Assembly (NCBI RefSeq): GCF_006345805.1
Contig: NC_042998.1
Location: 193,626,001 to 193,690,000 of the forward strand
DNA from: Octopus sinensis
Lineage: Eukaryota
Length of the DNA: 64,000 nucleotides
Direction: 5' to 3'
Below the pieces are notes generated by a model, which saw only the letters and a list, made by a program, of their open reading frames with translations, searched no databases and was not told the DNA's origin. Below are positions 1 to 14,222 of the stretch, one piece after another (positions within the stretch are counted from its first letter, which is position 1; each line of letters starts with the position of its first letter). The position numbers and the translations under genes were made by a program.

Positions 1-283
1 TTCTGTGTTCAAATTTCACCGAGGTCGAATTTGCCTTTCATGCTTTCGGGGTAGATAAAGTAAGTACCAGTTACGCACTGGGGTCGATTTAATCGACTTA
101 ATCCGTTTGTCTGTCCTTGTTTGTCCCCTCCGTGTTTAGCCCCTTGTGGGCAGTAAAGAAATAGGTATTTCGTCTGTCTTTACTTTCTGAGTTCAAATTT
201 CACCGAGGTCAAATTTGCCTTTTATGCTTTCGGGGTCGATAAAATAAGTACCAGTCGAACACTGGGGTCGATGTAATCAACTT
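1..283 (+). mobile_element. SINE family A, head-truncated dimer (cut by window start)
   Basis: Body GCCTTTCAT..TTCGGGGT.GATAAA..AAGTACCAG and 3' end AAAGAAATA; second unit joined at GGTATTTCGTC (~163). Confidence 0.85.
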
Positions 284-637
284 ATATCCTCTCCTTAAAA
301 ACGCTGGCTTAAGCCAAAATTAGAAATCAATATATATAGTTATAAGATAATCATTAACATATCTCAGGAAATATTATCGAGAGTTTGTCCCAGCCTCTCA
401 CAGAATTATAGAAACCATACGGTTTCCATAATTTTATAACAATTTTTCTGGGTGTGTCATCCCAGATACCAAAAATGGCATTGCAGAGGATACTAAAGCC
501 ACTAACGTTCATACCAGTTTGATTCAGATGGTATAAGTCGGTTTACAGTATTTCTGAGATTAAATATGATGCCACATAATTTCCAAGTATTTTCAATTTC
601 TTGGGTGCCTCCTAAAGATCTGTAACTGAAAGCAAAA

Positions 638-1000
638 ATGCCAATCACATTGCAATACTATTTGGATTCACCAATACTCTTCAACGATAGAAGTGATCGA
701 AACTACCATAATAAAATTCTTATGTTTCATGTAATCGAAGCCAGAATTATGAATGGGTCTGTCCATACGATCAGATGTGCTATTTCAGTTCATCTGCCTT
801 CAGCTTTGAATGGCACTACCATTTTATGACGATCGACAAGTCTCGGGGCCATTTTCTTGAGATTTTAAAAGTTAAACTGGCAAATCTATGTTTCACTCAT
901 GATCAGTTCTGTGTTGCATGCCCTGGTGATGAGCCAAGTAGATATCTTATCGTCAGACCACCAAACCCCAGAACATAAAACGCTTAGCCCAGAACTCTTG
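638..1000 (+). pseudogene. Decayed Helitron Rep/Hel PIF1-helicase C-terminal fragment
   Basis: Frameshifted ORFs read LMFHVIEARIMNG and MTIDKSRGHFLEILKVKLANLCFTHDQFCVAC, matching PIF1 motifs MTINKSQGQ and FSHGQLYVACSR. Confidence 0.7.
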
Positions 1001-1347
1001 ATGAATACAGCACAATGGCTTTAGAATCGCATTTGTTTTATGCGTTGCAAATCAATTTAAAATAACAAGAAATATATAAAGTAAAACAGTTACAGAATAT
1101 TTTCTTAAATTTCAAAATTAAAATTTTCAATGAATACAATCTCAGAATCTTGACACATTGTAAAAACTTGAAATAATTCAACTTTGCAAATATGTAACTA
1201 CATTACAATGAAAGATATATGTAAATACAATTGCTTGCGAAATGCACTAAATCAAATTCTCGCTACAAGTTACGTCATTTAACTTTGAAAAAAAGCACTT
1301 CGTGCGTGCAAGTGGGTGTGTGCATGTATATATATATATTATATATA

Positions 1348-1743
1348 GGCACAGGAGTGACTGTGTGGCACGTAGCTTGCTTACGAACCACATGGTTCCG
1401 GGTTCAGTCCCACTGTGTGACACCTTGGACAAGTGTCTTCTACTGTAGCCTCAGGCCGACCAAAGCTTTGTGAGTGGATTTGGTAGACGGAAACTGGAAG
1501 AAGCCTGTCGTATATATGTTTATATATATGTGTGTGTGTGTATGTTTGTGCATCTGTGTTTGTCCCTCTAGCATTGCTTGACAACCGATGCTGGTGTGTT
1601 TACGTCCCCGTAACTTAGCGGTTCGGCAAAAGAACCGATAGAAAAGTACTAGGCTTACAAAGAATAAGTCCTGGGGTCGATTTGATTCGACTAAAGGCGG
1701 TGCTCTAGTCAAATGGCTGAAACAAGTATCAGAGTTAAAGAGA
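1348..1743 (+). mobile_element. SINE family B (tRNA head, CORE-like segment, internal TA/TG tract)
   Basis: GGCACAGGAGTGACTGTGTGG head, GGTTCAGTCCC B-box-like motif, ACCTTGGACAAGTGTCTT, AAAGAG-type tail; four more copies in window. Confidence 0.85.
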
Positions 1744-2239
1744 ATGTATAAAGTAGTAATACACAAATGACATCAAAATCAGCGACAGTTGTTTCGATAG
1801 AGCTTTATTCACTGTACTAATAAAAGATTACATAGCTACTAATAAGTACCTATGTCACTTGTTGACCGTTTGAATTAAACCTGATGATAGTGAAATTGCG
1901 TAATTCTGAGTAAGCTTTTATAACTACGTTGAATAAAGTTCTACCGAAACAGCTGTCTCTAATTTCAGCGCCATTTGTGTGTTACTATTCCATACGCACG
2001 CCGCACCAAAGATTCACCGGTGAGTTGGATTGTTGGTTATTAATTGGATTTAGTATTTACATAACTACAGTATCCTGCCCGCTTTCGATGTCTTCAATGG
2101 TATATTATTTAACCGTCAGCTCTGTGTAATGATACCTACCCATTTTCTGGCGTATTACGCGTAGATATGTCTCGATTCATATGTCTTGATTCATAATGAA
2201 TCCTTATAACTAAATTATATATTATATGTATAAATGTAT

Positions 2240-2390
<151 letters not shown>

Positions 2391-3023
2391 TTGTGTATGC
2401 GTGAGCTGAAACTAGATAAAATATAAAATATATATACACATGCATATATATTATAAGCATACATGCATAAGTGTGCGCTCGTGCACGCATTTATATTTGA
2501 GTTTTTTTTTTTTAAATGTTAATAAAAAACCTTTTTTGATTCACTTAAAAATTATTTCTCCAGACGAAAGTCTTAATCGACTTTAGTTTAAAGTAATATG
2601 AGGATTCACTAATGTTTCCCTTTCGGTGGTTTATGTTATAATCCAAAAGCAAACCTTGAAAACCAACATTCGGAATGAGTTGCATAAATACATTGCAAAT
2701 AGAAAATGTTTAGAGTGAAAGAAATAGATAGAATAATTGGTGAAAAGGGTGAGAGAATAACACAGCTGTGTTCTTCTTGCTGGAACAATAAGTTAAATAA
2801 TACCTGAAACATATAAATAGATAAAACAATCATCGCCAATAAATTACTATTAGAATTAAAACTAATTGATTTTTCCTTCGTAATTGACTTAAACTTGTTT
2901 TCTTGAAATTAACTCCGTTTTTAGCATTTTGTTCTACGGTTTTTTTACAATCCTAATTAGTTTCTGTTCCTCGTGTTGACTAGAAGACAAATTTTCTCCT
3001 GTGAAATTATGTGCATATGTATG

Positions 3024-3472
<449 letters not shown>

Positions 3473-4394
3473 AATAATCAGTCTTAGATCTAAGATTCGC
3501 ATACATATATAAAATTACTTAGTATAGAAATATATGTACATGCCGCTAAACATTTTCTTAGCTGCATTATAAATAAACAAATAGAGATTGCGGAAATCTT
3601 ACGCAACGTCTTGTAATTTCTTTATTCTTTTGAATATATTTGATCATTGTTTTCTGTGATCGTATTTATATTCTTTCAATGTTTTAAACATTTATTCCAA
3701 TTAGATGATTTATTTATTTATTTATTTATTTATTTATTCAAGTTTTATGTTGATTTAATTCGCGGACATTTCTTATACTTTCTTTTTTGCAGAGAAGAAT
3801 TGTGTTTATAAATGTTTTTTTTTTTTATTTTTACTGATATATTTTTTTCTACATATTTTAGTTCACATAGAAATACGGTTTACTTAATTGTAATACAATG
3901 CTGGAAAGATTTTTTTTTTCTTTAACTGACTTCAGTTGCTATTACATAATTAATTATGAATATTCCTTTACAATGTACATCAAGTATATTTAGCATAATT
4001 ACCTTATAGTTGATTTAACTGGTAAAAAGTTTCCATCAGATATCTAGTTTTAATGGTATATGCTGAGAAACACGAAATGCTAACACTGGCTATTTGATAA
4101 CATTTATCTCACTCAACCTGATATATATCTTTCCGGTGTACGGGCGTAAATCACCAAAGTGTTGAGTTAAGTTACTTTATTTTCGCTAAACTCCATAAAT
4201 CTAATGAAATAAATAGCATAAAAATGGACAATAACAGAATCTAGTAAATTAGTTTTTGTCAAACTCGATTAGCAATGGCAAATATCTTTAGCTCATTAAT
4301 GATTTGAAATATCAAAATGTTCTGTTACCTAATAAGGTACGAATGGAGTACTTACGTACAACCACTGCACTGCGTTGGTATTTCATTTGTACTC

Positions 4395-4610
4395 AGAATC
4401 GTTAGCACGCCGGGCGAAATGTTTAGCGGCATTTCGTCTGTCGCTACGTTCTGAGTTCAAATTCCGCCGAGGTCAACTTTGCCTTTCATCCTTTCGGGGT
4501 CGATTAAATAAGTACCAGTTACGCACTGGGGTCGATATAATCGGTTTAATCCGTTTGTCTGTCCTTGTTTCTTCTCTCAGTGTTTAGCCCTTTTGGTTAG
4601 TAAAGAAATA
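4395..4610 (+). mobile_element. SINE family A with perfect 18-bp TSD
   Basis: GGTATTTCATTTGTACTC at 4377-4394 and 4611-4628. Confidence 0.9.
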
Positions 4611-5441
4611 GGTATTTCATTTGTACTCTGGGTTGGAAATATACAAACATATTCATATGCGTGTCGCCTAGATGTTAAATAAGGCCCATGGAAAGCAAGA
4701 TTGGATTATTATTTAAATGAGCTGTAACATTCTAATAAGTAACATTATCTCGGTATCACAAGAAATTCAAACGACTCCTCAATAACAACAGAAATCGGTC
4801 GGTTCATCCCTCAGTCGAAATTTTAGGAAAGGTTCTTCTTGGCTTAATTACAGAGTAAGACAAGACACATAAGAACCAACGACGGTGGTTCAAAGCAGTC
4901 GGTTGTTCTGCTAGTGATTAAGTTGTTGCACTCACGATCGCCAGATCGAGCATCGTGCAGTGTTCTTGAATAAAATACTTCATTTCATGTGTTGTGTGAA
5001 TAAACCCAACGTTTCCTCGGCGTATCGTAAACGGTGACTAAATGAGGTTGAGCTTAGACTTGGATTCCGCCATCGTAAAATCCTCACCAGCAACGACTAC
5101 CAAAACAGACAGACCCATGGGTTGGAGGGTTGCCGTCTAAGTGATGCAAAGGTGTCAGCTGCTAGGTGTAGAGAATCACCAACAAATGACTGATGCAGCG
5201 CATCAAATGACATAGCATGCCCCCCTTCTACATAACAGTTTATTTATTAATCTTGTCCTACATTATTCTTTGTCATGCTATTTATTTAATACAGTAAGGT
5301 GCATGGAGTCACCACGCGGAGAATTCCTCGTCTATTTTCGTAAATCTAGAAGTGCCGATAGTGGTTATACTTACAAACAGGCATTTGTGTATGTGTCTAT
5401 GTATATACATATATATTTATCTTTAACTTGTTTCAGCCATT

Positions 5442-5484
<43 letters not shown>

Positions 5485-5486
<2 letters not shown>

Positions 5487-5747
5487 GACATGTACTTGCA
5501 TAGCAAGTGACCTGATCTGAGATCGTGTGCTGAAACAAAAACAATTGCATTTAAGAAACACAAAAAAAAAACGTTAGATTCACTTCAACATTTAAATTTA
5601 ATTTGTCAAAATATTTTCGTCGCTTTGAGACCGCGACCTGTTCACTGACAAAACTTGCACGAATTAAATTTAAATGTTAAAGTGATTCTTACGGTTTTTG
5701 TGTTTTCTTAAATGGCTTATAAACACCTTCCACGCTGCAATTGTTTA
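5485..5747 (-). mobile_element. Short Penelope-like element with inverted arms, in a (TA)n tract
   Basis: Imperfect inverted arms (~5548-5603 and ~5662-5715) flank an HHR-like fold; related copy at 56459-56627. Confidence 0.6.
5602..5652 (-). ncRNA. Candidate minimal type I hammerhead ribozyme, G3-C8 variant
   Basis: Reverse strand reads UUUGUCA-GUGAACA-G-GUCGC-ggucucaaa-GCGAC-GAAA-AUAU-U-U-UGACAAA: 7-bp stem I, 5-bp stem II, palindromic stem III. Confidence 0.6.
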
Positions 5748-7248
5748 TACATACATATATATATATATATATATATTATATATTATATATATATATATAT
5801 ATTATATATATAATATATATATAATACATAAGATATAATGTGTTGTGTGTGTGTTGTTTGTGTATGTATGTATGTATGTATGTATGTATGTATGTATGTA
5901 TGTATGTATGTATGTATATGTGTGTGTGTACATATATGCATATGCAGAGGGACAAAGATAGAGATAGAGAATTGCGATTAATGTACTTCTAATTTCAACC
6001 GACAGACTGAGGCCTGCTGGGAAGGCATAATATCATTGGAAGGAAAGGGTTAACAGATGGATGAGGAACGAGGTGAGAATTGTTGAGAATGGTAATTGGA
6101 TAAATCTTTGCCTGGACATCGATTATAAGCATTATATGAACATTATGAACAAAAGACATATGTCACCATATGATTTACAGAACAAAATGCATGTAAACAT
6201 GAATTTGTAAATTTACAACATCATGTTCCAATCTTGCCGTCAAAATCTGTTAAATCCTACAATTACGTGCACATACTCAAACGCGGACAAATTCAGGTGT
6301 ATATAATTGTGTGTGTGTGTGTGAGACAGAGAGAGAGAGTGTGTGTGTGTGTGTGTGTCAGTGTGTGTGTGTGTGTGTGTCAGTGTGTGCTCGCGCTCGT
6401 ATATTTATATTCATAAATGGGTGCATTTATATTCATAAATTTTTTTATTCTTTTTAGCATAGACACAAATAATCTTAAGTCAGTCACTTTTAATCTGAAA
6501 AAATGCGTCCCACTGCGTCTGTGCGTCTGTGTATATTTTGCTTAAACAGTAAAAGCAGATTTTAAATCTATTTTTAATCGCATAGTGTCAAATATTTATT
6601 TTTTATTCCATAAACCTTTTGTATTTACGTTTTGAGCTGTTACTTTTTAAATATATTTTTTTTCATTTCCTTTACTTCGTGATTTTACAAGTTGCATAAA
6701 ATAAAGGTATTTCGTATTCTATTTTGGCATTCATTTAATCTTGCCCCGAACGATTTGCAAGCTGTATAAAATTTTTACAAAGAATGGCACGAGAGAACAA
6801 TTTTTGAATCTAATGAGCTATTTCCATTTGATTTCAATTAGTCTCAAGTCTGAATGATAAGAAGTGTCTTTCATGAAAGATAACAGTGTCGGGCGTTTCT
6901 GAATAGTCTAGGTTTTATTAGAGTGATGACATGTAATTAGATATTTAATGATCTTTCTTACCAACCACTTAGAAATTGATATTCTAATTTATATTAGCTA
7001 TAAGACTACTCATATCACATCATATCATTTTTGAGAGACAGAGAGAGAAATAATCTCGAATAGTGTAAAGTAAATGTTTTGTCTGCTTACAAAAATAAGA
7101 CTTACTTGTACAAGAACAAACAAAAGCGCAGTTACTTATTTTATTGACCCTAGTTAAAGTCGACTGCGGCTGGATTTGAAACCAGAACGCAAAGAGGAAA
7201 CTAATTTTAAGCAGAAGACTGTGTATCCAGCATTTTACTATTTCAACC

Positions 7249-7479
7249 TATTTCTTTATTACCCACAAGGGGCTAAATATAGAGGGGACAAACAAGGACA
7301 GACATAGGTATTAAGTCGATTACATCGACCCCAGTGCGTAACTGGTACTTAATTTATCTACCCCGAAAGGATGAAAGGAAAAGTCGACCTCGGCGGAATT
7401 TGAACTCACAACGTAACGACAGACGAAATACGGCTACGCATTTCGCCCGGCGTGCTAACGTTTCTGCCAGCTCGCCGCC
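7249..7479 (-). mobile_element. SINE family A, full length, 18-bp TSD
   Basis: CATTTTACTATTTC(A/T)ACC at 7231-7248 and 7480-7497. Confidence 0.9.
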
Positions 7480-8904
7480 CATTTTACTATTTCTACCGGG
7501 AATGCTAAAGATGAAAATGTGTGAAGAACATGTGATTATGTTAGAAGAGTCTTGTTTAGTTACACCTTTAATCTCGTGACTGGTAATAATCCATGGATAT
7601 AGAGTTCTTTAGATCAAAAGGAGTTTCCTATCTTATCCCGCTCTTCAAATTCTCAATGCTGTGTATTTTATCATATTTCAGTAGATTTATATATTTCAAT
7701 TTAGAAATTTCTGGTCTTGCCTAATTATAATTAGGCAAGAGCAGCAATGACACTTTGCCATCGAAATGTTGTTTCTTCCGAATTCATATGAAGCGAACAA
7801 TGGAAGCATAATTGTCGGAAATAGTTTAGGAAGATGACGAACTAATGAATCTTGTCAATATTAAGTGGAATACAAATTGCTGTTGATGCATAAATGACAA
7901 TGTTTTATATACGAGATTTCCGAATACAAAGAAATACTGAAAGGAACAATGAAGTTAAGCACTCAAATCTAAGAGAATGCTGATGTCACTCACAGAAACA
8001 AATGGATGAAATAAAGCCAACCGAATATTAGCAAAGATTCCCTAAGCAACACCAGCTAACTACTAACTCACAGATACGCTGTGTCTTCGAAATTTCTCTT
8101 CAACTGGTAATTTAAAAGTCTACTCTAGAACCTACAGTAAGCACCTCCACTAACCATACGGCAGAAGCGCTCACCGTATAGGTGAAAAGATCGGAGAGTA
8201 CTGTCGAGAAGGCAATTGAAACAAACTGACATCCATACTTTGCCAACATCAGCATACCATAAAGAAATGCGATGAATCGATAAACAATGTTGAAATAAAA
8301 TTCTTTCAACACATCCAAAAGATCCGATATTCCGACAGGTTGCATACGGATGGTTTCAACCGAATGGAGTAACAACACGCATATCGACCATCTACCGCCT
8401 CCATATTGCAATCACACAAGCGTGAGGATGAAATAAAATCGAAGTCAACCAAACTGAATCATCGCACACATCCCGGCACACTCACACTTGTATACACACA
8501 ATCCTGAAAATTATAATATGCAAAGGCTCGAGCGTGGACTTTCATGTTGGTGCCAACAAAACAGAAAGAAAAAAAGCAAATTAAAATTTAAAAATGGCGG
8601 AGACAGTGAAACAAAAGACTAACCTGATTACACGCATGGATGTTACGTAACAATCAGATGATGATTGACAACCAGAACATGCAAGAGAAAATTCACTTGA
8701 AGAATTTGAAATCATTGAAAACGTCACAGTTGTGTGATGAAAAGTTGACAATATTGCCAAAACTAAAGGGAAGTATAACGAATGATTGAGTTTATTGTCA
8801 GTATCACCCCCAACAAAGTGCATATATGTATATGTATGTGTGTGTATTATACTAACAAAAGACTAATACGAAATCCATCTCCTACTATTAATTAACACTA
8901 TATA

Positions 8905-8922
8905 CATGTATATATATGTATA

Positions 8923-8985
<63 letters not shown>

Positions 8986-9065
8986 CATACATACATACAT
9001 ATATATATATAATATATATTTATTATATATATACATATATATATATATATATCTATATATAATAT

Positions 9066-9107
<42 letters not shown>

Positions 9108-9181
9108 TTATATATATATATATATACATATATAACACATATACATATTTATATATTTATTTATATATAATATATAATGTA

Positions 9182-9212
<31 letters not shown>

Positions 9213-9240
9213 ATATATATTATATATATTATATATGTGT
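8905..9240. repeat. Degenerate (TA)n microsatellite
   Basis: Seen directly. Confidence 0.95.
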
Positions 9241-10135
9241 GTGTATGTATATGTTATACTTTTAGTCACTCTCCTAACAAATGCGAATATCTTGTTTCAT
9301 TATTTTTCTTCTTATTATTTTTTCTTTTTATTATCCCCATTTTTCTTCTTTTAATTATTCCTGTTTATTTTTGAATTATTTTAAAGCAATGAAAATTCTT
9401 GCTTTTGAAGGATTCATATCTTGTTTCCTAAAATTGGATATTAATTTTGGCGATACTTTGAAAACAGATTTCGTTAATATTTCAAATAGCCGATAATTTA
9501 CTGCCACAAGACATAAAAATAGATATACAAAAGCAATGGAATAATTTAATAATTTTCTCATTACAATGTCGTTATAGATCGTCTCTGAGATGGAGTAGTT
9601 TGGCCATTGAATCGATAAAACCTTTAGGTAATATCAACATTTGAAACTTTGTTTGAAACAGTATAGCATATTGTAAGCAATCGATCAATAGTCCTGTCAG
9701 AAGTCACTGACACGTTAACGTCGTTTTTTTTTTTCAATAATGCATGTCTATTGAAGTGTTTCTGTAGTGTTATCGAACTGACTTAGAAAGCCTCCTTTCC
9801 ATCGCCCAGCAATGTAATCATTCATGGCAATGTTGTTGTACTTTGACATATCTAACCATATTAATATCAATCATGATTGGAGCAGTGCTCATTTGCTGAT
9901 GTTAATACTTGAAATGAAGCTAACCAAAGAAATGTTTTTAAGTCCAGTGATGACCTAGATGTCATGAACGATTGTTCAAGAAGCAATAACACGTTTTGCA
10001 TCGCTTCAAAATTCTCATGGTTTCCTTATAGAGAAACAACTCTTGCTCATTACCATAATGTCATATATTATCATTACCAAAACAAAGTAGTTGGAGCACC
10101 AATTTCCTTTCGGACCATGGTCTTGTTAATATTCT

Positions 10136-10287
10136 TATTTCCTTATTGCCCACAAGGGGCTAAACATAGAGGGGACAAACAAGGACAGACAAAGGGATTA
10201 AGTCGATCACATAGACCCCAGTGTGTAACTGGTAGTTAATTTATCGACCCCGAAAGGATGAAAGGCAAAGTCGACCTCGGCGGAATT
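10136..10287 (-). mobile_element. SINE family A, 5'-truncated
   Basis: Matches body and 3' end of family A. Confidence 0.85.
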
Positions 10288-10569
10288 GTAGATGTCTCGA
10301 TTTTCATTATATTGAACTAACCATCTGCAAAGCTTTCGTATATAAGCAGAATATAACAGTTTTCACTAACTCGTTTAAACGCCGGTTAGCGATGCTAAAC
10401 ATAAACAACTAAACAAAAACTTGGTTCCTAGACATGCAATAATAACTACACAAAGAAGATATAATTGCTCGCCATCTTTGAAACGAAGAATACTCACGCA
10501 TACAAACATGCATGCATACATACACACACACACACATACAGACAGACAGACAGATAGGCAAACAGACAG

Positions 10570-10980
<411 letters not shown>

Positions 10981-11769
10981 CTACACTCTCAAATTTAGAC
11001 TAAACGTCTATCGACTTTTGATAAACTTATATCGGCAATAAGACTTTCTTCTCAAGACTTTCTTCAGTTTTACCCTGTGAAGAATTCAGATTCTGCTAAC
11101 GCCTTACAAAGCAAGGTTCCGATGGGCAAACAATGTATTGCTGAGAATAAACACCAAGAAGATGAATCTATGAGATTTCCATGTAAATAATATTAAACAT
11201 TATTTCAGTGAAAACATTAATCTTGGAATAAGAAACAAGAAACTCGCTGAAGAAGTATCAAACCAGACGCCTCACATTTCTTGGATTTTGTTACTTATTT
11301 CTTGTACAAATTTGATAATAATGTCTATGTTTTTTCGGCTTTTTTTTTACAACGTATGAAGATAGTATTTTAGATGTAAGTATACCTGACTTCAAATGTA
11401 ACTGAAAGATTCATGGAAAAAATGGCTTGCAAATCCAAGTAGACGAGAACTTTGTGATGGTAAAAGTTCGTATAGCACTCATGTAGCATGACTACGATTT
11501 ATTTTTGCAGATTTTGCTGTTCATCTTGAGAGTGTATTATAATAAAAATGTGGAGAGTAGCTGTACAAGAATTTTTTAAATGCCCACCTTCTGAATATTC
11601 AGTACGTATTTTATGGCATCCTTACTTGATGTACATGTATTTTATTTATTTTCGAGTCAGTGGATGCTGGGCATCGACTTTTTCATGTTGTCTTAAGCCG
11701 TTTTCTATTGAACCCACGGATGATAAGATTTATTGTCGTAAGTTAAATTTCCAGTTATAAATTGAGGAT

Positions 11770-12025
11770 GCATATGTACAAAGGGTTGGCTAAAAAGAGA
11801 AAAGATAGAATGTCAGGGGACAACTGGGGAGACTCCATCGTTAGCTCCTACACGCATTTTTTTCTCTCCTTGTTTGTTTTCTGTGTATATTTCTGTCGAA
11901 GAGCGTAGGCTTGAAACGTAAAAGACTTGTTCTATTTCTATTCCTGAGCGCCATACTAATACATTTTTTGTTTGTACTCCACCTGCCTTCGTCTTTTGTT
12001 TATTTTCGTAAACCTTCCCTCTATA
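11770..12025 (+). mobile_element. Penelope-like pLTR fragment with HHR-like motif (11888-11925)
   Basis: CTGTCGA-A-GAGC-GTAG-GCTT-GAAA-CG-TA-AAAGA; homologous to 57300-57490 and 18430-18605. Confidence 0.55.
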
Positions 12026-12369
12026 TAGACAGTTGGTCATTCTGCAAGAAATAGCAGTCAATTTTTTCTCCGATCACAATTACCGTCTTAAGGTAAGGAA
12101 AGTCACATTGATTTATATAGTTTACATACTCTAAAAAAGGGGGTGCTATTACAACTAGAATGCCTTTCATCATGGATCTGCTCCCTCGAACAGACTTAGG
12201 AACAAATAACATCAGCAAAAATAGTCTATAAAGAAATATATGATTCCCCATTCATAATCTTTCACTAACTCGTTCAGACACCAATTAACGATGCTAGCCA
12301 TAAGCAAATAAACAATAAAACTATTAGAGAAGCAATAGTAACAACACAAACAAGATATAATTGCTTACC

Positions 12370-13152
12370 TATTTCTTTACTACCCACAAGGGGCTAAACA
12401 CAGACAGGACAAACAAGGACAGACGAACGGATTAAGTCGATTACATCGACCCCAGTGCGTAACTGGTACTTAATTTATCGACACCGAAAGAATGAAAGGC
12501 AAAGTCGACCTCGGCGGAATTTGAACTCAGAACGTAGCGACAGACGAAATACCTATTTCTTTACTACTCACAAGGGGCTAAACACAGACAGGACAAACAA
12601 GGACAGACGAACGGATTAAGTCGATTACATCGACCCCAGTGCGTAACTGGTACTTAATTTATCGACCCCGAAAGAATGAAAGGCAAAGTCGACCTCGGCG
12701 GAATTTGAACTCAGAACGTAGCGACAGACGAAATACCTATTTCTTTACTACTCACAAGGGGCTAAACACAGGGAGGACAAACAAGGACAGACGAACGGAT
12801 TAAGTCGATTACATCGACCCCAGTGCGTAACTGGTACTTAATTTATCGACCCCGAAAGAATGAAAGGCAAAGTCGACCTCGGCGGAATTTGAACTCAGAA
12901 CGTAGCGACAGACGAAATACCTATTTCTTTACTACTCACAAGGGGCTAAACACAGGGAGGACAAACAAGGACAGACGAACGGATTAAGTCGATTACATCG
13001 ACCCCAGTGCGTAACTGGTACTTAATTTATCGACCCCGAAAGAATGAAAAGCAAAGTCAACCTCGGCGGAATTTGAACTCAGAACGTAACGGCAGACGAA
13101 ATACGGCTACGCATTTCGCCCGGCGTCCTAACGTTTCTGCCAGCTCGCCGCC
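12370..13152 (-). mobile_element. SINE family A tetramer (one head + four 184-bp bodies), 21-bp TSD
   Basis: Unit boundaries at 12370, 12554, 12738, 12922; AACAAGATATAATTGCTTACC at 12349-12369 and 13155-13175. Confidence 0.92.
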
Positions 13153-13729
13153 TTAACAAGATATAATTGCTTACCATCTTTGAAAAGAAGAACACACGCG
13201 CATATTCATTATCTTACTTTCATCTAGGACACTATTTGTTTCACAGTATATCTTTAGATCTCACAGTATATCTTTAAATCAGCATGAACTGATTTTTCGA
13301 TCGTGGTTGGTTTGGGCGAATAACTACAATGACTCCGCCAAAAGACCTATCACTACATACCTCTATCACTCATCTATTCGTCATTTATACTACCTAATTA
13401 ATAAATACCAAAACGCTGTTTCACAATCCTTTCGCTTCTGGAAATAGAAATCTCTATATCGTCTTTTAATCTGCTGCAAACAACAGCCAGATCTCCTCCT
13501 AGTCATACCCGACAGCCTGTTGAATATGGAACGAGACATTGTCATTGTAGATACACTATGCCTCGTGAGAACGCTTAGTCACAGCTGCAAGCCTTTTCCT
13601 CATATGCTTGCTCGATTAGTTATGTCTTACGGCTAAACAACCACACCATCTGTATGTGGAAATTATGAATGTTTGTTGAAACAAAGACAGGACTACGATG
13701 GAAATTAAAGCAAATATGGCTAAAAGAAT

Positions 13730-13943
13730 GAAGACAGACAAACAGACAGGCAGACAGACGGACGAACGGAACGACCGACCGACAGACAGATAGACAGACA
13801 GACGGACGGGTGGACAGACGGATAGACTGACAGATAGACAAACAGACAGACAGACAGGCAGACAGACAGGCAGACAGACAGACAGGCAGACAGACAGACA
13901 GGCAGACAGACAGACGGATGGACGGACGGACAGACCGACAGAT

Positions 13944-13977
<34 letters not shown>

Positions 13978-14128
13978 GCAGGCAGGCAGACAGACAGGCG
14001 GACGGATGGACGGACGGACGGACAGACCAGCAGACAGACAAACAGACAGACAAACAGACAGACAAACAGACAGACAAACAGACAGGCAGACAGGCAAACA
14101 GACGGACAGACAAACAGAAAAACAAACG

Positions 14129-14167
<39 letters not shown>

Positions 14168-14174
14168 GACAGAC

Positions 14175-14222
<48 letters not shown>
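13730..14222. repeat. Degenerate (GACA)n/(GATA)n array
   Basis: Seen directly. Confidence 0.95.

Noticed and set aside
350-630. Minus-strand reading resembling a receptor exon (TGMNVSGFSIL)
   Set aside because: In-frame stop immediately upstream, weak similarity, and adjacent to a Helitron remnant on the other strand.
1881-1900. CTGATGA..GAAA as a hammerhead (also 28596, 54851, 61648)
   Set aside because: No stem II/stem I pairing or no GAAA in register; 54851 lies inside the Helitron and 61648 inside a decayed SINE.
12370-13152. Regular 184-bp array as a CRISPR-like or satellite locus
   Set aside because: Units are whole SINE bodies with no unique spacers; no cas genes; eukaryotic context.
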